DNA of 64,000 nt, taken from assembly GCA_032718475.1 (NCBI GenBank), contig JAUCBJ010000145.1, positions 8,991-72,990 on the forward strand, given 5' to 3'. Below, piece by piece: positions 1-14,700 of the stretch. The notes under the pieces were generated by a model, which was not told the DNA's origin, ran no database searches, and saw only the letters and a program-made list of their open reading frames with translations. Position 1 is the stretch's first letter, and every line of letters starts with the position of its first letter. The translations under genes were made by a program, and so were the position numbers. The DNA comes from Nemertoderma westbladi (lineage: Eukaryota; Animalia; Xenacoelomorpha).

Positions 1-941
1 AATCAGGCAATTTCTGACGGTGGGGCATTCTTCTACGCCTGCTTAGACGAGATCTATTTCCTCCGCCTTCAGGATCGGTGGTATCGCCTTCATTAGATGA
101 TGTAAATCCCTGCCTTTTGGGAGTAGATCGACTTATCATCTGCATCTGACTAGCGGTTAACTGTTTATTTATGTAGTCTTGCTTCTCTTGAAGATTTTCC
201 AACTCTAGTTGGGTGGTCTCTTCAGATGCTCTCCGTTCTGCTTCTGCCACTGCCTCTGCCGCTTTTCTTTCCGCTTCTGCCGCTGCCACTGCCGCTTTTC
301 TTTCCACTTCTACCGCCTTTCTTTCCGCTTCTGCCTCTGCCGCTGCCGCTGCCGCTGCCGCTGCCGCTGCCGCTGCCGCTGCCGCTGCCGCTGCCGCTGC
401 CGCTGCCGCTGCCGCTGCCGCTGCCGCTGCCGCTGCCGCTGCCGCTGCCGCTGCCGCTTTTCTTTCAACTTCTGCTGCTGCCGCTGCTGCTGTCTTTCTG
501 TCTTCTATACGTTTTTTCTTTACCTGTTCTTCTTGGACCCTAGCGATGCGGATGCTTTCATCAAATTTAGCTTGATTCGCAGCTAACATTTCCGCATCTA
601 TTGCGTCCAACACAAGCTTGGCTCCTTCACTATTAGGGCGAAGTCCAGCCAGCCGTCTCCTCAACTCTTCGTCACCTATAAATCGTTGATAGTCCGACAG
701 ATAGATGTCAATAGCGTCCTTCTTCTGCGGTTTCTCTGCTGTCGCTTCGCTTTCCACTTGAGAAAAGGTAGCGTCTGTTGATTCTCCATGGGTTGAGCGC
801 TCAGCCAGCTGAGATTTCCACTGGGCCGTTCTTTGAACCTTGAGACCCACCCGCTGGAACCAAGTCTTTACGGCAACTTGCAACGACGTGTCTTGTCTTC
901 TTTTCGAAGCTTCCTCAAAGGCCGATAGGATTAGTCTGATT
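1..941 (-). CDS. Coding exon of unknown protein with ~40-residue poly-Ala/coiled-coil region; runs off the left edge of the window
   Basis: Acceptor ...tatacacag at 944-942. Manual translation IRLILSAFEEASKRRQDTSLQVAVKTWFQR...EDRKTAAAAAAEVERK(A)n...QKLPD has no stop down to base 1, which is why the ORF track misses it. The + strand ORFs at 209-586 are its antisense shadows. Confidence 0.7.
338..457. repeat. (GCCGCT)n hexamer microsatellite encoding poly-Ala on the minus strand
   Basis: About 20 perfect hexamer copies. Confidence 0.95.
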
Positions 942-1092
942 CTGTGTATATATGTGTATGATATACACATGTTATACATTCCCCCAAAATAAATAAGATA
1001 AAAAGAAGGAAAAATATTTTTGTATCAGAGCTCAATTATTTTTATTATTATTGTTTTGGTTTGAATAATTGAATCGTTTTGGTGTTATGCTC

Positions 1093-1432
1093 CTCATGAA
1101 TCCATGTGGTGCGTTTATATTCGCCATGAATCCATGTGGTGCCTTTTATATTGCCATGGATCATGTGGTGCCTTTTATATTTGCCATGAATCCATGCGGT
1201 GCCTTATATATTTGCTATGAATCCATGCGGTGCCTTTTATATTGCCATGGATCATGTGGTGCCTTTTATATTTGCCATGAATCCATGTGGTGCCTTTTAT
1301 ATTGCCATGGATCATGTGGTGCCTTTTATATTTGCCATGAATCCATGTGGTGCCTTTTAAATTTGCCATGAATCCATGTGGTGCCTTTTATATTTGCTAT
1401 GAATTCATGCGGTGCCTTTCATATTTGCCATA
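1093..1432. repeat. 29-31 bp minisatellite ATTTGCCATGAATCCATGTGGTGCCTTTTAT, ~11 copies
   Basis: Direct tandem units visible. Confidence 0.9.
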
Positions 1433-3786
1433 AACCTTTTATTATCAATACACATGGATTTCTAGCAGTATAGAAGGTTTAGTTTGTAGGCCTACTGTAT
1501 TGACAATTGACGTTAAAAATATATTTTATATAAAAAGGTGAATAAACATAAATAAACAAGGGACTTGAACGAAAAAATTTCACTTTCATTCAATTATATA
1601 AGTGATTTTGGAACATTGTCAACTTACCAGCGTCACAGTCAGAATTTTGTTTCAAAAATGTTTAGAATTAATAATATTTGTAAAGATAAAGATACACTAG
1701 ATTTCATTGCAACCAATTTCCGTTAGGAATTATTCTTTCCTACCGACCAACTTGCGCCACTAGTAATAGGCCTACAGCAGTAATTTGAAAGATTGCGAAA
1801 TTGAAAAATGTCATTCTGAGATAATTCCCTTCCCGCTTGAAAGCTGATGTTTGAACTTTCCCGATCAAAACTGAGTGTCTGGCACAAAAGCAGCCGCATA
1901 CCACCAAACTGAAATTTCCATTACGGGTCGTACGTAAGTCACTGATTTCATTTCCGACGTTTGTGTCGTTAGTACGGACATACAGACTGACAGAAAGTCG
2001 GCGATAACCCCCCCCCCCCCCCCCCCCACAATACTTTCACAGTGGTTATTTGCCATCTGAGTGGGGTGAACCTAGAGATGGGCAGACTACTGAGAAATGA
2101 TTATTGGGGTTTTGTAGTACTAATGTGGTACAGTACATACCTACCCGTAGGCCCAGTTAATTTTGTTAAGTACAATGTCAATCTCCAACGAGACCCTATA
2201 CAGCAGTGGGGGTACTGTACCTCATTAGTCGACCCAAACTGGACACTTGAACAGTGCCGCCTCCGATTTGCAGGACATTTGCGGGGGGGTATCACTAATT
2301 GACTATAAATTTTCATCCCCTTATTTAGGAGACTGCATTTGAAAAATTTTCGAAATTTTAAATTTTTACCTAATTACAGTAACATAATTTATACAATTAT
2401 TTTTTGTAATGCATAAGCTCTTAGAGGTATAATAGGCATGGTCATCAAGTGCCCAAAATTTCATCATTTGTGCACAATGGCATCTTCAAACGACCCTATG
2501 ACCAGAATTTTGATAAATGCTCATGTTTAAAAATTATTGAAAAAAAAAACGATTTCTTGCCAGATTTTGACATTTTCGACCAAAAATAAACACATTTTGT
2601 TAAATATTTCAGCTACAACAAAGACCATTTAAAAATGTGGTCATAGGGGGTGTTAAGCATCACCCAGTGATCATTCATGCCAAATTTCACACGAATTCGT
2701 TCATTTTTGGAGAAGCCTTTAAATATTTAAATCTTATACTGTATTAACATTCTTCAGAAAACGCATTTAAAATTTTAGGGTAATTTAATTAAACCTGTCC
2801 ATTGAAATGTTAGAATATAAACACAACCCAGCTGAAAATTTTGTTATAAGGGTTTTCCGGGATGGTAATCTCATTTCTTTCTCTCATTTGACATCGTCAT
2901 GTCTGTCGGAATTTCTGTTTGTCTGTCCGTCAAAACATAACCAATCGTTGAACCGAACCGACCACAATGTGGATGACGTCAAACATGAAAACTGACATCG
3001 GAAATAAATTCACCAACGATGAAAACCACTAGAATAAAATTTTTAGCTAGTTGGTATGCCTTCTTATTACTTTGACTGACAGATCGCTGGACAGACAGAA
3101 AGACCGACAGAGCGACATACATACATAGTAGGTTTGGTTAAAAGTGGAAACTGACTTCGAAAATGAAATCACCGACCGGGAAAACCCCCCATAACAAAAC
3201 TTCTAACTAGAAAGAAGGCTTTTGTTTCATTTTGACATTGAAAATGAAAAACCGATTTATTTTCGGAATTAGTGACCCCCCCCCCCCCCCCCCTTCCCCT
3301 TCCCCCCTATTATTCATATCAATTTATTTGTTGATAAAAGAATCCCATCCCTGACCAAACTTCAATAAATGACGGTATTTTGTAACAAAAAGTAATATAA
3401 ATAACTTAATAATGAAGCGGGAGGATGGTGCTCTAGACGGGAAACCGACCCAAAACCTGAGGGTAAAAACGTTTCGTTCCAAAATCGTTATATTTCGTAC
3501 CGAAAAACTAAAACGTTATTATGTAGGGTTTTTGTGACGTTTTGGAAGCCAGTTTTCCGTCTGAAAAAAGTTGGACAAAACGTCCCAAAATTGGCTTAGC
3601 GAAGGAATTAGAATTGGCTTAGGAATTGTAATTTTTGATTACGTTACATCAGGTAAAATATGCGCCAGAATTAAAAACATGGAATAGAAACAGTAAGGGA
3701 TGGTACAGCAGCAACAACAAAAAACAGACAACTAAAAGAAAAACTACTTTGAACAATTGGAAACTGAATTAGGTAGTACTATTAGA

Positions 3787-4983
3787 GGCCCATTCTCACC
3801 AAAATTGGCCAAAACGGGTGTAAATTTTTCCAAAAAATTGTTCTCCAGAATATAGTAAACCCATATATTTTCTGAAAGCTCATGATGTCAGGAATTTCAT
3901 GGGCACCATAGTCAAACACTTTTGCGCCGTTGAAAAAATTTATTTGGCATTTAAAACGAGTCCGCCCAGTAATGATTTGTCCGGCCTGTAATGCTTTAAC
4001 ATTTCAATATAAATCCATTGTAAATATATCATTATGTCCACGCCCTGTAATGATTTGTCCGGCTTGTAATGCATACATTTCTTGGAAAATATATAATAAT
4101 CCACGCCTATAATTATATTTTGAATAGTGAAAGATATACTTTTATTATATTAAACATATATATTACATAGTGAACGTGATCCCAGAGCCTCCTAGAGCCA
4201 TACATTACCAGGGGCGGACACCATTACAGGGCCGGACACAGTGATTGATTATTGTCTGTAAATAATTTGCAGTGTGGCTAACCTACATATTTCATACACC
4301 CCCTGAAAGCGCTGAGAAATACGAATCTGGCAGTATTTTTACTAACTCTTATCAGTAATTCTATCACTTTTAAATAGGCAATATCTCACCATTACAGGGG
4401 CCGGACAAAGTGATTGTCACATATACCTTGGTCTACTTAGAAGACGATTACTTGTACGGAAATTAAGCAAATGCGATGAAATTTTAACGTGGTCATCCTG
4501 AGAAAATTTGCTTTCAAATGAATATTTACTTTTAGGATTGCTCTTAAAAAGTTAAGATGAAATGAGCACCATTACAGGGTCGGACATAAAAATCAGAAAA
4601 GTGTCGGACACGATGTTAAATGCAGCTGTACGACACCAACTACATTGTACGTATACAAATACTGCTGAAAACGAATCTCCATTTATCCAGCTTTCTAACG
4701 ATATGTTGGTTTACTGGATATGACCTTGGGGTTGGAATTTTATAACAGTTTGTTCTACTAGCACTTTGGACCTGGGACATGTGAAAATGTCATTTTGACC
4801 ATATTTTTGGCCATATTATGTTCTGCTACAGGAAGACATGATGTATGTTGGAGCTGAAATTAACTGTACAAAATCTACGCTTCAGCAGCTTTCTTTGAAG
4901 CCATCAACCACTTTCTAGAACCGCCATAAACAGAAGTTATGGCTTCAGGACACCCGTTTGGCCAATTTTGGTGAGAATGGCCC
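3787..4983. mobile_element. Non-autonomous DNA transposon with 4-bp TSD (possibly Sola2-like)
   Basis: ~35-bp TIRs GGCCCATTCTCACCAAAATTGGCCAAA(A)CGGGTGT; TAGA duplicated at 3783-3786 and 4984-4987; internal CCATTACAGGG(G)CCGGACA repeats. Superfamily is inferred. Confidence 0.85.
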
Positions 4984-5468
4984 TAGAGTAGAATTATTAC
5001 ATTTCACGTTCTGACTAAATGGCCACTTTGTAAAAAGCGAAAATATTCAGCGTTTTGAAGATTTAACAAGAACGCTGGTTTGGCTGAGTGTAGAAAAATA
5101 TAGCCTATGCAGGCCTATACACAGCCTACCCTTACAGTTACATAAAGTAGGTCTACAAAAACGTACACAATGAAATAAAAACGCTTGCAACACATTGTCG
5201 TGTGTGTAAGGCAATAATAATGACTGCTTTGAGCAGTAATATAAAATAATTTATGGGTAATATAATTAACAAATTAATTGCGAAAGGAGAGTTAAATTTC
5301 CCAACATAAATTACACAAAAATTCGAATTTTTATAATAAATATGAACAAATAGACGTCGTTGCTACTGGTATGAAATAATCTAACACGTTGAAATGAGAG
5401 AATTTGAAAGAATAAATGAAATAATAACAGTAACATAACTATGTCTTAGATTATATAATAGCACATTA

Positions 5469-5784
5469 GGGGCCGGTCATAAATAACATCAAGGTTGTAC
5501 CGTTTCTCAATATTTAAAATCATGTTAATATTTAACATAAGTATTTATTTTGGTGTAGGTCTGCATCTGCAATGCTATTTTCTGTTTAGCTTTTTGTAAT
5601 AATAAATTATGATGAATTGTTCCAATTTTTGGGTCAACACTTCTTGGTAGTTATTCCAATATGACATCAAGTGAATGTAGTTAACCATGCAATCTACAAC
5701 ATCAGAAATCACTCCGAAATAAATCCCCCCCCCCCCCCCCCCCCTCCTTCCTTAAACATAATGATTTAATTTATGACTGGCCCC
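5469..5784. mobile_element. MITE, PIF/Harbinger-like
   Basis: TIR GGGGCCRGTCATAAAT at both ends, TTA TSD. Confidence 0.75.
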
Positions 5785-6397
5785 TTACTGGTCCGTTGGC
5801 GATTAGCACTATCTCTATATTATCGAGGAAAACAATTTATTCCAAAATTTCAACACTGGAGTTTTGACATCGAGCTGCAAGTCGAAATGAGAGATATGAG
5901 TGGGGGACTTTCGATACAAAAACAACTCATTAGTGGTTACTCCCAAAAATAAAACTATTACATGTTCTATTGACTCTTGTTTATTGTTTTTTTTGAATAA
6001 CCTACCACTGTGACCTGTACGTTTCTCTTAATTGATAATTAACATTGAGACGGAGAAAATAATTCCGAAATGAAAAGCGGTCGTCATGACAACCTTACAA
6101 ACAAAATAAATACTTTTGTTATTAAAATGGTAAAATAATACATTTAAAGACCCGTTTCCGCACTGATTTTTTATGTGCTGTTTCCTGAGCCTGTTTGGAC
6201 TTTTTTCAAGCTTTGTTTTGAAATTTTTTCCATGCTTTATTGGCCTTTCTAAGTTTTAGTCAATGAAATTATGAATGTTCTAGAATTAGAGAATTTGACC
6301 CAATTATTTGTTATTTTAAGTGAGATGGTTTACTAGCATATTTACTTTCACTGTAATTAACCCTAAAGGCCATGATACACCGGATGAGCGGCGATCA

Positions 6398-6490
6398 TCA
6401 GCGGCGAGCGTCAGCGGCGAGCGTCAGCGGCGAGCGTCAGCGGCGAGCGTCAGCGGCGAGCGTCAGCGGCGAGCGTCAGCGGCGAGCGTC
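6398..6490. repeat. 13-bp tandem repeat TCAGCGGCGAGCG, ~7 copies, probably MITE-subterminal
   Basis: Direct repeats visible. Confidence 0.85.
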
Positions 6491-6982
6491 CATTTTATGA
6501 ATTTATACAATTTGTAATTAATTAAATGTAATTTACTTCCTACAGTATATTGCTATTTTTTTGACGATACGTAGAGTCATCTCCCCCCATCCACTCCGAT
6601 ATTTTTCCATAAATATTTGTAATATTATCTGAAATTTGTAACACAACATGTTAACTTTTTAATGTTACTCAATTTTTTAAGACGAATATATTGTATTAAA
6701 GGCAAAGTCAGTCTTAACATCGACTGCCCCCTCGACGGTGTCTACAACTCTAATAAAGGTGGGAACTCTAGTTATGTTTCAAAATTCAGGCAAATTGTTG
6801 TAACCCAATGCATTTAGCCATTATTGCTTCACATCGAATCGTGATGACGCAAAATGTCCCCTGTCGGTGCATTACTGGCAATTAAATATATTCCAAGAAG
6901 TACATTTTTTATTTACCCCGGATCATATGATCACAGAGCCTGACACCCTGACGATTATTGTATTATTGGCAATTAGGTAGTG

Positions 6983-7263
6983 CATGTTCGTGGGGCGTCT
7001 TGAGCAACGCGAACTTGCACGCAAGTTCGATTTGATCTGGAGTCAAAACGTCTCGAGAGGTATTTGCCCGTAACTTTCAAACATATTAGAACTTTTTATC
7101 TAGTATGCCCATATAAAATTTAGTTGAAAATGGTTAAAATCTTCAAAAGTTTTTACGAATGAATTTTTCATTACAGACGGACTGACAGACAGACAGATGG
7201 ACATGAAATTTTCCCCTATTTACTAATTATATATAATTGTGCGCTAAGCAAGGCTCTCCCCAC
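6983..7263 (+). mobile_element. HINE/DINE-like element
   Basis: 5' GTTCGTGGGG, internal (GACA)n, 3' GGCTCTCCCCAC; homologous to the inverted copy at ~27146-27405. Confidence 0.7.
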
Positions 7264-8578
7264 AAAAACAATGTTTTACTAAAAACACACACAATCTCTA
7301 GTGCCATGGCCCTCTTGGCACCGTAGTTTAATAGAAATTATAACGATTCTGCAGTTGGTTGTACGGAGTAAAAAAAACAATAAGAAATAATAGAAGAAGT
7401 TCTTCCCTTTCTTCATGTGATCAGATCCAATATATTTTATTGGTGAACAACACAGAAGTCGCTCACCGCCTACGCTCGCCGCTCAACAAGTAGAAGAAGT
7501 TCTAAAAGGGCTGTGGGCTACAGCGGCCATTTGTGGTATTCTGTGGTATTGTATTATGTGGTATTCATAATGGTATTCTAGAGCATTCACGTCACACCTC
7601 CAGCTAATTTTAATAGGTATAATCATGATATTTTAAAAATTCTATATTTCGATATTCTAAAAATTCGACCCTGCTTTATTAAATGAGGTTTTGGGGGCGT
7701 GTTGATGAGCTTTTATAAAAGCTTTATTGGAGCTTTATTCTATATTTTATGTATATCTATAAATATTTTTATATATCTATATTTTAACATTCCAAATTGA
7801 TTAGATTCAATCTCTAGAAATTGTTTAACTAAAAAAAGCACGATAAAGCAGTGCAGAAACGAGATTTTGCACCAACTAGCAACTATAGACATAATTGGAA
7901 ACAAGTAACAGTAAAATTGTAGTAACTTTTGAAAGTGTGGAATTTTTTTAAAATCTAAGTGTAAATTGTTTCTATTTTGATGTTCTGTAGAATAACAGAA
8001 AATGTGAAAATTTTGGAATAAAAACTACGTATCTTGGCTGCAAAGTACGGGATAATTCTTTATACGTTTTCTTTGGTGAAATAAACATCAAACAGAAAGT
8101 GTTACTTTACACAGAAGTAGGCCTATGTATACAATTTAATATGTAGAACCCATTAGAAGAAACAAACAAAATAAGGAAAATAAAAACCAGCACTGTGCAG
8201 AATCCCGTTCCAAATGGAATCTACCGAACAACACGACGTTACAGGATATAAAAGAATTGCTCCACTTTAACACATTTAAAAAACAATAAACGACACATAT
8301 TTTTCATTAATACAGTTTAGTTTAGTTAGAGTTATTATAAGTCAGAGAGGTCTGAGTCAGCATCTGAACAGTCAACTCTACCAGCCGATATATTATATTT
8401 TGTAAAACTGTAAAAATGGTAATAACAGGTGCAATATTTATTGTGTGCGCCGGCAACACGCATCCGTGTTACTGGGGAGCGTCAGTGAGGAGGTATACGT
8501 ACAAAGATTCTAAACCAATATGATCCTGTCATTAATCCATTTTCAATTTTATAATCAAATGCCACTCCCAGTCCAAAT

Positions 8579-9141
8579 TAGTGTTGAAACGGGATCGGGA
8601 CCCACAATTTTCGGGATTCGGGATCCCGATTATCGGGATCGGCGGCTATACTCATCCAAAACCGAAAACAGCTCTCTGCTCTGCTCTCTTTATATGTGTA
8701 AAAAAATAAAAAATGCCTAGATATATATGTCAAAATGTCCACTAGACATTTTTTCAAAAGGGTACACAGACGTAGTTTATTTCCCTCGTACGTATTTCAT
8801 TTTGCATTTACGTTTTTAATATAATTTCTGCAACATTTTTAATATATCTACTGCAGTCTGACTGAATCGCCGCCACATAAAAATGTTTATCATATTCAAT
8901 AAAAAGCAACAAGTAGTGTTTCTATTATTTATAATAGGCCTATAGAGTATAGACATCTCTGTATGTAGTTGTGAAAACAAAACCGTTACATATTATTTTA
9001 CTTTATTATACATTATTTTGTTTTCGACAAAAATTTCTGATTGTGTTTACAAATTTTAAGCTACACGGCATATAAATTCAGATACCGGTATAGCAAATCC
9101 CGATCTATCGGAATCCGGATAGGGATCCGGTTGCAACACAA
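8579..9141. mobile_element. hAT-type MITE
   Basis: TIR TAGTGTTG(A/C)AAC.GGATC; perfect 8-bp TSD GTCCAAAT (8571-8578, 9142-9149). Confidence 0.85.
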
Positions 9142-9421
9142 GTCCAAATTATATTTAGTAAAACTCTGCCTCGATAACTCACTAAACATAATATGAAATC
9201 GGAAAACTGTTCATAGTAAATAAAAATAAATTTAGAGTCATTTTCAGCTATACTAAATGTATATAAATGTATAATTCCGGTATACCAATTCCGACCGGAA
9301 CCGGATTTCCGCTCGACTCCTACACTACTTTAAGGAAGAGCTGGCAATATCAACCAGTAGTTTTAGATTAAATAAAACGCATATATACAATCTACCACCA
9401 ATACACTTTTTTTGAATGATT

Positions 9422-9777
9422 TAGGGATGAGAGTTTTCCGGAAATGTTTTTTCAAGGAAATTTCCGGTAATTTCCGGAAATGTATACTTCACCAGTTTGT
9501 AGTTACGACCACAAGAGCCAAGACAACAAACCACTTCAACATGACTAAACAAAACCTGAATCACTTGTTTTTAGGTTTATCTACTTGTGTTTTCCTATTT
9601 GTTTTCAGAATGTTTACAAACTGGCATTTTTAGGATTTTAAGTTCAAATTTTATTATTACTATTTTATGCAAAATTAAAATGAATTAAATATTTACTATT
9701 AAAATTAAACTTTTGAAAATTAATAAAATAGGAAATTTCAGGAAAGATTTCCAAACATTTCCTGACCCACATCCCTA
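9422..9777. mobile_element. Degenerate hAT-like MITE
   Basis: TAGGGATG...CATCCCTA ends and TTCCGGAAA subterminal repeats; TSD not preserved. Confidence 0.5.
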
Positions 9778-10180
9778 ATTAACATTTAAAAAAATGTTAG
9801 AAATGAAATAATTTAAGGAATATAATATATATTAATAAAAATGTTAAATACTATTTACTTAATATATTGTAACTTGTCAACAATAAGGAAAATATAAGAT
9901 TTTTGGTAAGAGATTAAATTCATAATCGACAAAAAAAACAATAAATTAGAGCAACTTCTAAAAATTACTGATTGTTACTAAATAGAGTCTAAACAACACT
10001 AAATAGAGTAATTAATAGATGCAAGGGGTCATGAAATACATTTGATTAAAATAAAAAATAAATAAAACGCCAAATATAATAAATACCTAAATAATATTAA
10101 CAATATAAATACGTCATAATATAATATTTCACTATAACATTAACAAAATAATGATAATTATTTATATTCAGGGCCTTTAC

Positions 10181-13100
10181 TTAATCTACGGGCGAAGCAG
10201 GTAATTGGTACTCTACAGGGACGCTAGGGGGTGTTCGTGGTGATGCCAATTCCATCTCTGTCGCCCAATCCGAGACAGTTACAGCACAGGGGGACTCAGA
10301 AGAGCTAGACCCTCCAGTAGAAGGACAATCGGGAACGGAACCAACAACATCTCCATGTGTTTCTTCGATCTTCCTTGATTCCTCATCATGCACAGATGGT
10401 GCCGGAGTTAAACTGGTCAACTTTTCAGCCGTCATGGAAATACCAAGTGGATTTGTAGTCAGATCCTTATATTGCACTTTAAGTGCTTTAAAATCCTTAG
10501 CCAAGTCTCTCATAGATGCAGTAAAGCTCGAGCTGGTACTTTCTACTATTTGGGAACCCTGGGTTCTGGCTGGAAGCTGTTGACACGATTTTCCCTCTGA
10601 CGTCGTAACACGGGCATCAAGGTGTTGTTCATTTTGATGGGTGGCTTTGCCAATACCACCTATCTGCTCGTCCATTTCCCCAACCGGAACGATAGACCGC
10701 GTCGGTTGAGGACCTTCGGGAAGATCGTACATTAGTTTACCATCAAATGATGACGTTAAAGGCAAGTAATTCGGTTGTTTAAGGCGACTGGGATATTCTG
10801 CCTTAGGATTTTGAATAGAGTCCAGTTGAATGTAGTCAGGGCGATAAGAAGATGTATTAAGTACTTCTCTATGAGACAGTTCAAAGTTTAATTGGTGTGA
10901 ATTGGGATCAATGTTGCCATGGCCACCGTGGAAAGGTAAAGAACCCTGGGGGTAGGAATATATATCGATTGTACGTGGAATTGGTTGAGAAGTGGATTGA
11001 GATGTTCCTTCCGCAAATAGTGTATCATTACCTGCCAAGGTAGCAGACGATAATGGATTCATTGAATGGGACTCCGCTGTTACGAACGAGTTGCTATGGT
11101 AATCAGGCGGGTATCGGTGATTGGCGGTGTCAATAAGTGTCATTGGGATGCCAGTCCATTCGGATCCATTGTGTGCAGGGTGTACTACTTGGCGAGGAAC
11201 GTTCTCCACATGGGTACGTCGACTACTGCGACGTTTGTCGTGTTTTCTATGGATACTTTTGCCCTTCTTCCCGCCCTTACCGTGTCCGTTGACGCCCAAA
11301 CCCAGGTCCTGCGAGTAAGTATTCGAAGAGTCCAGGTAGTAAATTCCCGGCGGAGTATCACCGGGGACCAAGCCCCCGTGCTGAGGGGAATACTGTAAAA
11401 CCGGGGCCGGGTGGTAAGCTGGGTAATAGTGAGCAGCGATATCTTCACGATTCCGTGAGATATCGCGAATATCAGACATATCAGGTTTCCTGACGCCTCC
11501 GTCGGACTGCGATGCCTCACTATCCGACGACTTTGAGAAACTAGAGTGTCGACACGAAGCTGCCTTCTGGTAATCGGCAATAGTAGAAACAGTCTCGTTT
11601 AACATTCGCAGGGCATTTTGGTTTTCTTCAGAGGCGTTTTCACCCGGTTCCAAGTAGGATATTTCCGATATCTTAGATAATTGCGCAGAGTTAAGGACAA
11701 TCTGTCGGGGTTTAGACTCGTTATTATGGCTCGTATCCGGGTTGGTATAGCCACCACGAATCGTGTGGCTTTTATTCGGCGCGGCCGATAAAGATTTCAA
11801 CAAAATTGCGACCTGATCACTAGGCATCTGTCGGAGTCGCTCTTGAAGGAAAGCCAACGTTTGGGTTTCTTGAACGGACAGTGGATGAGTTTGTGGCGTC
11901 TGTTGGGGTGCATGTGCGTAGGCGAGGGAGGTCGGCTGGGCGAAATTACCTGGACTAAGTAGTACCGGTACTACATTTGACTGTGGGTTATCTACAGGGG
12001 GTGATTGTCCATAATAAAACGATCTGTTGGAAGGTTGAAGAGAATGAGAAACATTGGCCAACGGAAATGATGGCTGATAATTTATTTCAGTCTGATGGTT
12101 AGCTAATCCTGCTGATTGGGATGCGAACACTTGTTTCGATGTTTGTGGATTCTGATGGCCTGTTACAGTAACTGGAGATTGTTTAGCTACACCTATGGGT
12201 GGATTTGATAATATTGTAGTTTGGTTTTCTACAAATGTAGGAGGATGAGGTGGAGGTACACTGGAAGCATTGTTAGGATAAACCAATACCGAGTTATCCA
12301 GTACTGTAACCGGGTTACCAAAACCATGTTCTTTGGGACAAAGTACAGGTTCGTTGGATACAACTGAAGGTTGATTTAAGATGATTGTTGATTGTCCTTT
12401 TAAAACGGAAGGTTGATTTGCAACAACTGCGTGCCGATTTGGAACTGCTACCGGGTAGGGTTGTTCAAATGAAGGTTGGTTTGACGAATCTGCAAATTGG
12501 TTTGGAAATGTAGCGGTAGTTGCAGTTGGAACATTTGAGAGCAGGTTCAACTTCTCCATAGGTTGTTTACTGACTGCTGACAGATTGTTATGAAGAATAG
12601 CAGTTTGGTTTGATAAATATGTAGCAGTATGATTAAGAGGATGGTTTGAAAAAGTAGGTGATTGGCTTGGAAAAATGAAAGGTTGTTCCAAGAAACTTTC
12701 GGACTGAGTTTGCGAGATTTCTGTAGGTTTGATCTGCAACTCATTGGATTGGCTTGGCATAGCAATAGATTGCGGATATAGATCATGTTGAGTTAGACCA
12801 GGAACGGCTGTCGAGACAACATTCGGGGTATATCTGGGCGTGGAGCCAGAGGGCTGACATGCGGTCTGTTGTTCCTCAGAGAAACCAGAGGCATCGACTC
12901 GCTCTGTGGGACTTGCATGGTTGTAAGTCGGGGGTGACCCATCGTTCGCTATCAAATTTTCCGATTGACGGACATAGGAAACACGAGAATACAAATATCC
13001 CGGGTTATTACCAATAAGTTTGCTGCGAGAAGAACTCCCGCGCGCCATTTCCTCTATTTCAAGGCCGCATTGTTTATCAAACTCTGATAGTTTAAGATCA

Positions 13101-13617
13101 CTAATGCTGTGCTCGCATTGGACGGCCGATATGCGACCAGGTTGGCAGCGGGTGTTATTGACGGACGATTTGACAGCGTTACCACGACCCCTCCCTCTAC
13201 CCTTGGGAATCGGACGAGAGTTTGATTGGATGTTTCTGGCAGTGGGGATGATTGACACATCCGCTTCCCCACTTAGAGGGTCACTTAATCTCGTTTTACG
13301 ATGGTCCTCGACCGATGAATTCACCTTCGCACGGTCAGATGAAGTTACCGACGATTCGCCAACCACGAACAAACTCGACGATCGCCTATCCGATACGAAC
13401 TCAGATTCTGACGGGACAGCGAGAGTAGAGTTTTTACTTCCGTGGTCCTTTGTACCTTCTCCGAGGCGATTCGCGTCGTTACTACTCCGGTGTCTTACCG
13501 CTGATTTATGTTTTAGTTCCGATGATTCGCGCCTCCGGGCCGAAACATCTTTGTTCACTTGTTCATCCCAAGAATCCTCTATCCAGTCACTGGAAGTGCT
13601 GTCGAGTGTGGATATAC
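10181..13617 (-). CDS. Large terminal exon of a ~1213-aa S/P/Q/N-rich disordered protein of unknown family
   Basis: 3.4-kb open frame; acceptor ttacttatag|G at 13618/13617; TAA stop at 10181-10183. The first ~23 aa of the ORF-track translation are intronic. Confidence 0.85.
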
Positions 13618-14700
13618 CTATAAGTAAATATAAATAAACTATAGGGCTGTTTGAATAACGATGTAAGTTATCTGCGAAAAATAACATAATTTATCTTCAA
13701 TTAGAAAAATTATTGATAGAAAGTCTTTTCTGGGCAGTGCATTTTAACTTTCAAATAAAACATATTTAAATGTATTACTGCTGTGTTACCACCCATACAA
13801 CAGTCACTGCTAGCAGGTAGTACTCTACTACCGTGCAGTAGGATTGCTCCTATACTGTCTACAGACATGAACTATCGAGGTATGCCGGTTAAACAATTAT
13901 GATATCGTTGAAATGTCGTCTCAATGGCACCTCTTTTTGTGCAGCGCTTCTGTTTATTTTATATACTCGCTATCCGTTTTAAATGGTATTATATTAACAA
14001 TCTTCTTACTATATTCTGCCCTCGTTTATTGATTTCTGCTTCAATGGAATTTTTTACTGGTATCTCTTGGAAAACTCAAAAACATAGTTCAATTTTAAGT
14101 CAAAATAAATTAGTGTCAAAAAGAGCCTCAGACCAATTACATTTTTATTCTTACAATTTTTTTATTGAGTTTATATCCACTCATAGGATATCGTTCTTCC
14201 AGTTTGAGGATTTAAGATTGTACTTTTTGTCCATGGATTTAATGGATTTAACCTCAGTCAGTCGCATAATCACAGTGAGTGAGTATCACATAAAATTGAG
14301 GGAATTACAATTAACTAACTTGATCTCTCTCTAGGGCCGCTAATTTTGCGACTTGATGGCTCGCTGCGAAATTCCCTTGACAGAATACCAGCACTCTCTT
14401 CCATGTGACCCTTTCCTCTTGTATTTGCTGCAATAAATTAAATTACAAAAATAAATAAAAATTTAGCACTAAAACTTTAACTAAACTCCTTTGATACCAT
14501 AAAGTAAATATATATAATGAACATAAGCAATATAATGAAATCCCTTAAATATAAAATTAAAGTAATTGCAACCCAGTTGGTAACTCGGAATTATTTTCAA
14601 AACTTTAGCCATGTGAAAGATCAGTTCGAAAAGTTACCGATAGAATAATAAAAAAATAAAATAAGAAATGATAGAGTTTGAGTTGCTGGGAACCTGAAGC

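Noticed and set aside
209-586. Plus-strand CR-, LP- and Ala-repeat ORFs
   Set aside because: Shadows of the minus-strand exon and its hexamer repeat.
13020-13637. 205-aa plus-strand ORF and other ORFs overlapping Spire, CUL1 and LEKR1
   Set aside because: Antisense or alternate-frame shadows with no independent support.
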